Shown here: piece after piece, positions 54,129-64,000 of the stretch
Numbering within the stretch: position 1 is the stretch's first letter
Layout: each line of letters begins with the position of its first letter
Source of the DNA: Eledone cirrhosa
Taxonomy: Eukaryota
Length of the DNA stretch: 64,000 bases
Assembly (NCBI GenBank): GCA_964016885.1
Contig: OZ024741.1
Span: 256,122,001 to 256,186,000, forward strand
Direction: 5' to 3'
Notes under the pieces: generated by a model
Database searches by the model: none
What the model saw: only the letters and a program-made list of their open reading frames with translations
Told to the model about the DNA's origin: nothing
Program-made: the position numbers and the translations under genes

Positions 54129-55840
54129 GTTTCGCTTTACGAGTGTTTCGACTTACGAGTGTTTCGACATACGAGTGTTTCGGCTTACGAGTGTTTTGAT
54201 TTACGAGTGTTTTGACTTACGGGTGCTTCGACTTACGCGTGTTTCGACTTACGAGTGTTTCGACTTACGAGTGTTTCGACTTACGAGTGTTTCGGCTTAC
54301 GAGTGTTTTGACTTACGAAGTTTTGACTTACGATTGTTTCAGCTTACGAGTGTTTCGACTTACGAGTGTTCTGACTACGAGTGTTCTGATTTACGGGTGT
54401 TCTGACTTACGAGTGTTCCGACTTACGAGTGTTTCGGCTTATGAGTGTTTCGACTTACGAGTGCTTCGACTTACGAGTGTTTCGGCTTACGGGTGTTTCG
54501 ACTTACGAATGTTTTTGCTTACGAGTGTTTCGGCTTACGAGTGTTTCGGCTTATGAGTGTTTCGACTTACGAGTGTTTTGACTTACGGGTGTTTTGACAT
54601 ACGAGTGTTTCGATACGATTGTTCTGACTTACGAGTGTTTCCGCTTACGAGTGTTTCGGCTTACGAGTATTTCGACTTACTAATGTTTTTACTTACGAGT
54701 GTTTCGGTGTACGAGTGTTTCGACTTAAGGATGTTTCGACTTACGAGTGTTTCGACTTACGAGTGTTTCGACTTACGAGTGTTTTGGCTTACGAATGTTT
54801 TGACTTACGGGTGTTTCGACTTACGAGTGTTTCGACTTATGAGTGTTTCGACTTACGAGTGTTTCGGCTTATGAGTGTTTCGACTTACGAGTGCTTCGGC
54901 TTACGAGTGTTTCGACTTACGAGTATTTCGGCTTAAGAGTGTTTCGACGTACGAATGTTTTGGCTTACGAGTGTTTCGGCTTATGAGTGTTTCGGCTTAC
55001 GAGTGTTTCGACTTACGAGTGTTTCGGCTTACGAGTGTTTCAGTGTTTCGGCTTACGTGTGTTTCGACTTACGAGTGTTTCGACTTACGACTGTTTCGGC
55101 TTACGAGTGTTTCGGCTTACGAGTGTTTCGGCTTACGAGTGTTTTGACTTACGATTGTTTGGCTTACGAGTGTTCTGACTTACGGGTGTTCTGACTTACG
55201 GGTGTTCCGACTTACGAGTGTTTCGGCTTATGAGGGTTTCGACTTACGATTGTTTCGACTTACGAGTGTTTCGGCTTACGAGTGTTTCGACTTACGAGTG
55301 TTCTGACTTACGACTGTTTCGGCTTACGAGTGTTTCGGCTTACGAGTGTTTCGGCTTACGAGTGTTTTGACTTACGATTGTTTGGCTTACGAGTGTTCTG
55401 ACTTACGGGTGTTCTGACTTACGGGTGTTCCGACTTACGAGTGTTACGGCTTATGAGGGTTTCGACTTACGAGTGTTTCGACTTACGAGTGTTTCGGCTT
55501 ACGAGTGTTTCGACTTACGAGTGTTCTGACTTACGAGTGTTCTGACTTACGAGTGTTCTTACTTACGAGTGTTCCGACTTACGAGTGTTCCGACTTACGA
55601 GTGTTTCGGCTTACGAGTGTTTCGGCTTACGAGTGTTTCGACTTACGAATGTTTCGACTTACGAGTGTTCCGACTTACGGGTGTTTCGACTTACGAGTGT
55701 TTTGGCTTACGGTGTTTCGGCTTACGAGTGTTTCGAGTTACGAGTGTTTTGACTTACACGTGTTTTGACATACGAGTGTTTCGACTTTACGAGTGTTTCG
55801 GCTCACGATTGTTTCGAATTACGAGTGTTTCGACTTACGA

Positions 55841-55909
55841 AAATAACAAATAGACGCGGTTTCAAATCTCTATGCTTTTCAAATTCATTACATTAATCTT
55901 TATTTATAC
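55841..55909 (+). repeat. 69-bp AT-rich insert, copy 33
   Basis: Same sequence; flank TTTACGATG. Confidence 0.95.
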
Positions 55910-57398
55910 GTTTCGCTTTACGATGTTTCGACTTACGAGTGTTTCGACATACGAGTGTTTCGGCTTACGAGTGTTTTGATTTACGAGTGTTTTGACTTAC
56001 GGGTGCTTCGACTTACGCGTGTTTTGACTTACGAGTGTTTCGACTTACGAGTGTTTCGACTTACGAGTGTTTCGGCTTACGAGTGTTTTGACTTACGAAT
56101 GTTTTGACTTACGATTGTTTCGGCTTACGGGTGTTTCGACTTACGAATGTTTTTGCTTACGAGTGTTTCGGCTTACGAGTGTTTCGGCTTATGAGTGTTT
56201 CGAATTACGAGTGTTTTGACTTACGGGTGTTTTGACATACGAGTGTTTCGATACGATTGTTCTGACTTACGAGTGTTTCCGCTTACGAGTGTTTCGGCTT
56301 ACGAGTGTTTCGACTTACTAATGTTTTTACTTACGAGTGTTTCGGTGTACGAGTGTTTCGACTTAAGGATGTTTCGACTTACGAGTGTTTCGACTTACGA
56401 GTGTTTCGACTTACGAGTGTTTCGACTTACGAGTGTTTTGGCTTACGAATGTTTTGACTTACGGGTGTTTCGACTTACGAGTATTTCGGCTTAAGAGTGT
56501 TTCGACGTACGAATGTTTTGGCTTACGAGTGTTTCGGCTTATGAGTGTTTCGGCTTACGAGTGTTTCGACTTACGAGTGTTTCGGCTTACGAGTGTTTCA
56601 GTGTTTCGGCTTACGTGTGTTTCGACTTACGAGTGTTTCGACTTACGACTGTTTCGGCTTACGAGTGTTTCGGCTTACGAGTGTTTCGGCTTACGAGTGC
56701 TTTGACTTACGATTGTTTGGCTTACGAGTGTTCTGACTTACGGGTGTTCTGACTTACGGGTGTTCCGACTTACGAGTGTTTCGGCTTATGAGGGTTTCGA
56801 CTTACGAGTGTTTCGACTTACGAGTGTTTCGGCTTACGAGTGTTTCGACTTACGAGTGTTCTGACTTACGACTGTTTCGGCTTACGAGTGTTTCGGCTTA
56901 CGAGTGTTTCGGCTTACGAGTGTTTTGACTTACGATTGTTTGGCTTACGAGTGTTCTGACTTACGGGTGTTCTGACTTACGGGTGTTCCGACTTACGAGT
57001 GTTACGGCTTATGAGGGTTTCGACTTACGAGTGTTTCGACTTACGAGTGTTTCGGCTTACGAGTGTTTCGACTTACGAGTGTTCTGACTTACGAGTGTTC
57101 TGACTTACGAGTGTTCTTACTTACGAGTGTTCCGACTTACGAGTGTTCCGACTTACGAGTGTTTCGGCTTACGAGTGTTTCGGCTTACGAGTGTTTCGAC
57201 TTACGAATGTTTCGACTTACGAGTGTTCCGACTTACGGGTGTTTCGACTTACGAGTGTTTTGGCTTACGGTGTTTCGGCTTACGAGTGTTTCGAGTTACG
57301 AGTGTTTTGACTTACACGTGTTTTGACATACGAGTGTTTCGACTTTACGAGTGTTTCGGCTCACGATTGTTTCGAATTACGAGTGTTTCGACTTACGA

Positions 57399-57467
57399 AA
57401 ATAACAAATAGACGCGGTTTCAAATCTCTATGCTTTTCAAATTCATTACATTAATCTTTATTTATAC
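57399..57467 (+). repeat. 69-bp AT-rich insert, copy 34
   Basis: Same sequence; flank TTTACGATG. Confidence 0.95.
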
Positions 57468-59159
57468 GTTTCGCTTTACGATGTTTCGACTTACGAGTGT
57501 TTCGACATACGAGTGTTTCGGCTTACGAGTGTTTTGATTTACGAGTGTTTTGACTTACGGGTGCTTCGACTTACGCGTGTTTTGACTTACGAGTGTTTCG
57601 ACTTACGAGTGTTTCGACTTACGAGTGTTTCGGCTTACGAGTGTTTTGACTTACGAATGTTTTGACTTACGATTGTTTCGGCTTACGGGTGTTTCGACTT
57701 ACGAATGTTTTTGCTTACGAGTGTTTCGGCTTATGAGTGTTTCGACTTACGAGTGTTTTGACTTACGGGTGTTTTGACATACGAGTGTTTCGATACGATT
57801 GTTCTGACTTACGAGTGTTTCCGCTTACGAGTGTTTCGGCTTACGAGTGTTTCGACTTACTAATGTTTTTACTTACGAGTGTTTCGGTGTACGAGTGTTT
57901 CGACTTAAGGATGTTTCGACTTACGATTGTTTCGGCTTACGAGTGTTCTGACTACGAGTGTTCTGACTTACGGGTGTTCTGACTTACGAGTGTTCCGACT
58001 TACGAGTGTTTCGGCTTATGAGTGTTTCGACTTACGAGTGCTTCGACTTACGAGTGTTTCGGCTTACGGGTGTTTCGACTTACGAATGTTTTTGCTTACG
58101 AGTGTTTCGGCTTATGAGTGTTTCGACTTACGAGTGTTTTGACTTACGGGTGTTTTGACATACGAGTGTTTCGACTTACGAGTATTTCGGCTTACGAGTG
58201 TTTCGACGTACGAATGTTTTGGCTTACGAGTGTTTCGGCTTATGAGTGTTTCGGCTTACGAGTGTTTCGACTTACGAGTGTTTCGGCTTACGAGTGTTTC
58301 AGTTTTCGGCTTACGAGTGTTTCGACTTACGAGTGTTTCGACTTACGACTGTTTCCGCTTACGAGTGTTTCGGCTTACGAGTGTTTCGGCTTACGAGTGT
58401 TTTGACTTACGATTGTTTGGCTTACGAGTGTTCTGACTTACGGGTGTTTTGACTTACGATTGTTTGGCTTACGAGTGTTCTGACTTACGGGTGTTCTGAC
58501 TTACGAGTGTTCCGACTTACGAGTGTTTCGGCTTATGAGGGTTTCGACTTACGAGTGCTTCGGCTTACGAGTGTTTCGACTTACGAGTGTTTCGGCTTAC
58601 GAGTGTTTCGACTTACGAGTGTTTCGACTTACGAGTGTTTTGACTTACGGTGTTTCGGCTTACGAGTGTTTCGACATACGAGTGTTTTGACGTACGGGTG
58701 TTTCGACTTACGGGTCTTTCGACTTACGAGTGTTTCGACTTACGAGCGCTTCGACTTACGAGTGTTTCGACTTACGAGTGTTTCGGCGTATGAGTGTTTT
58801 GACTTACGAGTGTTTCGACTTACGAGTGTTTCGAATTACGAGTGTTTCGACTTACGAGTGTTTTGACTTACGAGTGTTTTGACTTACGGTGTTTGTGCTT
58901 ACGAGTGTTTCGACTTACGAGTGTTATGACTTACGGGTGTTTTGACATACGAGTGTTTCGACTTACGAGTGTTTTGACTTACGGGTGTTTTGACATACGA
59001 GTGTTTCGATACGAGTGTTCTGACTTACGAGTGTTCTGACTTACGAGTGTTCTGACTTACGAGTGTTCTGACTTACGAGTGTTCTGACTTACGAGTGTTC
59101 CGACTTTACGAGTGTTTCGGCTCACGAGTGTTTCGGCTTACAAGTGTTTCGACTTACGA

Positions 59160-59228
59160 AAATAACAAATAGACGCGGTTTCAAATCTCTATGCTTTTCA
59201 AATTCATTACATTAATCTTTATTTATAC
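59160..59228 (+). repeat. 69-bp AT-rich insert, copy 35
   Basis: Same sequence; upstream flank variant TTACAAG. Confidence 0.95.
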
Positions 59229-61003
59229 GTTTCGCTTTACGAGTGTTTCGACTTACGAGTGTTTCGACATACGAGTGTTTCGGCTTACGAGTGTTTTGAT
59301 TTACGAGTGTTTTGACTTACGGGTGCTTCGACTTACGCGTGTTTCGACTTACGAGTGTTTCGACTTATGAGTGTTTCGACTCACGAGTGTTTCGGCTTAC
59401 GAGTGTTTTGACTTACGAATGTTTTGACTTACGATTGTTTCGGCTTACGAGTGTTTCGACTTACGAGTGTTCTGACTACGAGTGTTCTGACTTACGGGTG
59501 TTCTGACTTACGAGTGTTCCGACTTACGAGTGTTTCGGCTTATGAGTGTTTCGACTTACGAGTGCTTCGATTTACGAGTGTTTCGGCTTACGGGTGTTTC
59601 GACTTACGAATGTTTTTGCTTACGAGTGTTTCGGCTTACGAGTGTTTCGGCTTATGAGTGTTTCGACTTACGAGTGTTTTGACTTACGGGTGTTTTGACA
59701 TACGAGTGTTTCGATACGATTGTTCTGACTTACGAGTGTTTCCGCTTACGAGTGTTTCGGCTTACGAGTGTTTCGACTTACTAATGTTTTTACTTGCGAG
59801 TGTTTCGGTGTACGAGTGTTTCGACTTAAGGATGTTTCGAATTACGAGTGTTTCGACTTACGAGTGTTTCGACTTACGAGTGTTTCGACTTACGAGTGTT
59901 TTGGCTTACGAATGTTTTGACTTACGGGTGTTTCGACTTACGAGTGTTTCGGCTTATGAGTGTTTCGACTTACGGGCGTTTCGACTTACGGGTGTTTCGA
60001 CTTACGAGTGTTTTGGCTTACGAATGTTTTGACTTACGGGTGTTTCGACTTACGAGTGTTTCGACTTATGAGTGTTTCGACTTACGAGTGTTTCGGCTTA
60101 TGAGTGTTTCGACTTACGAGTGCTTCGGCTTACGAGTGTTTCGACTTACGAGTATTTCGGCTTACGAGTGTTTCGTCGTACGAATGTTTTGGCTTACGAG
60201 TGTTTCGGCTTATGAGTGTTTCGGCTTACGAGTGTTTCGACTTACGAGTGTTTCGGCTTACGAGTGTTTCAGTGTTTCGGCTTACGTGTGTTTCGACTTA
60301 CGATTGTTTGGCTTACGAGTGTTCTGACTTACGAGTATTCTTACTTACGAGTGTTCCGACTTACGAGTGTTTCGGCTTACGAGTGTTTTGACTTACGATT
60401 GTTTGGCTTACGAGTGTTCTGACTTACGGGTGTTCTGACTTACGAGTGTTCCGACTTACGAGTGTTTCGGCTTATGAGGGTTTCGACTTACGAGTGCTTC
60501 GGCTTACGAGTGTTTCGACTTACGAGTGTTTCGGCTTACGAGTGTTTCGACTTACGAGTGTTCTGACTTACGAGTGTTCTGACTTACGAGTATTCTTACT
60601 TACGAGTGTTCCGACTTACGAGTGTTTCGGCTTACGAGTGTTTCGGCTTATGAGTGTTTCGACTTACGAGTGCTTCGGTTTACGAGTGTTTCGGCTTACG
60701 AGTGTTTTGACTTAAGGGTGTTTCGACTTACGAGTGTTTCGATACGAGTGTTTCGACTTACGAGTGTTTCGGCTTACGAGTGTTTCGACTTACGAGTGTT
60801 TCGACTTACGAGTGTTCCGATTTACGGGTGTTTCGACTTACGAGTGTTTTGGCTTACGGTGTTTCGACTTACGAGTGTTCTGACTTACGAGTGTTCTGAC
60901 TTACGAGTGTTCTGACTTACGAGTGTTCTGACTTACGAGTGTTCCGACTTTACGAGTGTTTCGGCTCACGAGTGTTTCGGCTTACGAGTGTTTCGACTTA
61001 CGA

Positions 61004-61072
61004 AAATAACAAATAGACGCGGTTTCAAATCTCTATGCTTTTCAAATTCATTACATTAATCTTTATTTATAC
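61004..61072 (+). repeat. 69-bp AT-rich insert, copy 36
   Basis: Same sequence as 349-417. Confidence 0.95.
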
Positions 61073-64000
61073 GTTTCGCTTTACGAGTGTTTCGACTTAC
61101 GAGTGTTTCGACATACGAGTGTTTCGACTTACGAATGTTTTTGCCTACGGGTGTTTCGACTTACGAATGTTTTTGCTTACGAGTGTTTCGGTTTACGAGT
61201 GTTCCGACTTACGAGTGTTCCGACTTACGAGTGTTTCGGCTTACGAGTGTTTCCGGCTTACGAGTGTTTCAACTTACAAGTGTTCTGACTTACGAGTGTT
61301 CTGATTTACGGATGTTTCGACACACGAGTGTTTCGAATTACGAGTGTTTCGACTTACGAGTGTTTTGACTTACGGGTGTTTTGACATACGAGTGTTTCGA
61401 TACGAGTGTTTCGACTTACGATTGTTCTGACTTACGAGTGTTCTGATTTACGGATGTTTCGACATACGAGTGTTTCGACTTACGAGTGTTTCGACTTATG
61501 AGTGTTTCGACTTACGAGTGTTTCGGCTTACGAGTGTTTCGACTTACGAGTGTTTTGACTTACGGTGTTTCGGCTTACGAGTGTTTCGACTTACGAGTGT
61601 TTTGACTTACGGGTGTTTTGACATACGAGTGTTTCGATACGAGTGTTCTGACTTACGAGTGTTCTGACTTACGAGTGTTTTGACTTACGAGTGTTCTGAC
61701 TTACGGGTGTTTCGACTTACGAGTATGTTTGGCTTACGAGTGTTTCGACTTACGAGTGTTTTGACTTACGAGTGTTCTGATTTACGGATGTTTCGACATA
61801 CGAGTGTTTCGACTTACGAGTGTTTCGACTTATGAGTGTTTCGACTTACGAGTGTTTCGGCTTACGAGTGTTTCGACTTACGAGTGTTTTGACTTACGGG
61901 TGTTTTGACATACGAGTGTTTCGATACGAGTGTTCTGACTTACGAGTGTTCTGACTTACGAGTGTTTTGACTTACGAGTGTTCTGACTTACGAGTGTTCC
62001 GACTTACGAGTGTTCCGACTTACGAGTGTTTCGGCTTACGAGTGTTTCCGGCTTACGAGTGTTTCGACTTCCGAGTGTTTTGACTTACGGTGTTTCGGCT
62101 TACGAGTGATTCGACTTACGAGTGTTTTGACTTACGGGTGATTTGACTTACGGGTGTTGTGAATTACGAGTGTTCCGATTTACGAGTGTTTTGACTTACG
62201 GTGTTTCGGCTTACGAGTGATTCGACTTACGAATGTTTTGACTTACGGGTGTTTCGGCTTGCGAGTGTTTCGACTTACGAGTGTTTCGGCTTATGGGTGT
62301 TTCGACTTACTAATGTTTTTACTTACGAGTGTTTCGGCGTACGAGTGTTTTGACTTACGAGTGTTTCGACTTACGAGTGTTTCGACTTACGAGTGTTTCG
62401 GCTTACGTGAGTTTCGACTTAAGAGTGTTCTGATTTACGAGTGTTCTGACTTGCGGGTGTTCTGATTTACGAGTGTTCCGACTTACGAGTGTTTCGGCTT
62501 ATTAGTGTTTCGACTTACGAGTGTTTCGGCTTACGAGTGTTTCGACTTATGGGTGTTTCGACTTACGAGTGTTTTTACTTACGGTGTTTCGGCTTACGAG
62601 TGTTTCGACATACGAGTGTTTTGACTTACGGGTGTTTCGACTTACGAGTGTTTTGACTTACGAATGTTTTGACTTACGGGTGTTTCGGCTTACGAGTGTT
62701 TCGACTTACGAGTGTTTCGGCTTACGAGTGTTTCGACTTACTAATGTTCTTACTTACGAGTGTTTCGGCGTACGAGAGTTTTGACTTACGAGTGTTTCGA
62801 CTTACGAGTGTTTCGACTTACGAGTGTTTTGACTTACGAATGTTTTGACTTACGGGTGTTTCGGCTGACGAGTGTTTCGACTTACGAGTCTTTCGGCTTA
62901 CGAGTGTTTCGACTTACTAATGTTTTTACTTACGAGTGTTTCGGCGTACGAGTGTTTCGACTTACGAGTGTTTCGACTTACGGGTGTTTTGACTTAAGGG
63001 TGTTTCGACTTACGAGTATTTTTGGCTTACGAGTGTTTCGACTTACGAGTGTTTTGACTTACGAGTGTTCTGATTTACGGATGTTTCGACATACGAGTGT
63101 TTCGACTTACGAGTGTTTCGACTTATGAGTGTTTCGACTTACGAGTGTTTCGGCTTATGAGTGTTTCGACTTACGAGTGTTTCGACTTACGAGTGTTTCG
63201 ACTTACGAGTGTTTCGACTTACGAGTGTTTTGCCTTACGAATGTTTTGACTTACGGGTGTTTCGAAATACGAGTGTTTCGGCTTATGAGTGTTTCGACTT
63301 ACGGGCGTTTCGACTTACGGGTGTTTCGACTTACGAGTGTTTTGGCTTACGAATGTTTTGACTTACGGGTGTTTCGACTTACGAGTGTTTCGACTTATGA
63401 GTGTTTCGACTTACGAGTGCTTCGGCTTATGAGTGTTTCGACTTACGAGTGCTTCGGCTTACGAGTGTTTCGACTTACGAGTATTTCGGCTTACGATTGT
63501 TTCGACGTACGAATGTTTTGGCTTACGAGTGTTTCGGCTTATGAGTGTTTCGGCTTACGAGTGTTTCGACTTACGAGTGTTTCGGCTTACGAGTGTTTCA
63601 GTGTTTCGGCTTACGTGTGTTTCGACTTACGAGTGTTTCGACTTACGACTGTTTCGGCTTACGAGTGTTTCGGCTTACGAGTGTTTCGGCTTACGAGTGT
63701 TTTGACTTACGATTGTCTGGCTTACGAGTGTTCTGACTTACGGGTGTTCTGACTTACGAGTGTTCCGACTTACGAGTGTTTCGGCTTATGAGGGTTTCGA
63801 CTTACGAGTGCTTCGGCTTACGAGTGTTTCGACTTACGAGTGTTTCGGCTTACGAGTGTTTCGACTTACGAGTGTTTTGACTTACGGTGTTTCGGCTTAC
63901 GAGTGTTTCGACATACGAGTGTTTTGACGTACGGGTGTTTCGACTTACGGGTCTTTCGACTTAAGAGTGTTTCCACTTACGAGCGCTTCGACTTACGAGT

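Larger units (their letters stand above)
33270..59560 (+). repeat. Tandem duplication of a 15.5-kb block (33270-48815); the second copy (48815-59540) is ~4.8 kb shorter
   Basis: Offsets 15545 (33405/48950), 15543 (37732/53275, 39962/55505), then 10725/10724 (47012/57737, 48700/59424). Confidence 0.82.
1..64000 (+). repeat. Tandem satellite DNA array, 16-bp monomer (consensus GACTTACGAGTGTTTC) with higher-order structure; runs to both window edges
   Basis: Monomer read directly throughout, always the same orientation. Common variants: GGCTTACG, TTTTGAC, TTCTGAC, TTCCGAC, TTATGAG, TACGGG, TACGAA, GACATACG. Occasional 8-, 14-, 15- and 17-bp monomers. About (64000-36x69)/16 = roughly 3,800 copies. 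Confidence 0.99.

Noticed and set aside
349-61072. CRISPR-like repeat/spacer array
   Set aside because: The constant element is 69 bp and the intervening DNA is 0.5-6.8 kb of tandem satellite, not unique 25-50-bp spacers. No cas genes or leader.
13-63752. Hundreds of + strand ORFs encoding (DLRVFRLTSVSTYECF)n, up to 319 aa at 33405-34364 and 48950-49909
   Set aside because: Three 16-bp monomers give a stop-free 48-nt period, so all three + frames yield the same peptide. Stops appear mainly where CGA mutates to TGA, and frameshifting 8/14/15/17-bp monomers are freely tolerated. The minus strand has TAA in each monomer, hence no ORFs there. No sign of coding constraint.
1-64000. Telomerase-synthesised telomeric repeat
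   Set aside because: No G-tract, many inherited variant monomers, internal inserts and kb-scale duplications argue for recombinational rather than template synthesis. A recombination-maintained terminal or subtelomeric satellite cannot be excluded without chromosome position.
1-64000. Sequencing or concatemer artefact as the origin of the whole array
   Set aside because: Specific variant patterns are inherited across distant blocks with hierarchical differences, which random error or a simple concatemer would not produce. Individual large duplications still need read validation.

Overview
The whole 64-kb window is one head-to-tail satellite DNA array, most likely eukaryotic heterochromatin (centromeric, pericentromeric or subtelomeric; the host cannot be told from sequence). 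The monomer is 16 bp, consensus GACTTACGAGTGTTTC, about 3,800 copies, all in one orientation. A near-invariant 69-bp AT-rich segment (AAATAACAAATAGACGCGG...TTTATTTATAC) interrupts the array 36 times, always at the same point in the monomer and with the same diagnostic flanking monomers. It marks higher-order units of mostly 0.6-1.9 kb. These units are mosaics of recurring variant-monomer cassettes and are nested in larger tandem duplications (about 2.5, 4.8, 8 and 10-19 kb). I found no credible gene, RNA gene, intact transposon or CRISPR array. All supplied ORFs are explained by a stop-free 48-nt (3 x 16) period on the + strand. The most interesting leads are the constant-insert/variable-array architecture and the monomer's resemblance to pogo/Tigger terminal repeats and a shortened CENP-B-box-like motif; those resemblances are hypotheses, not database results.
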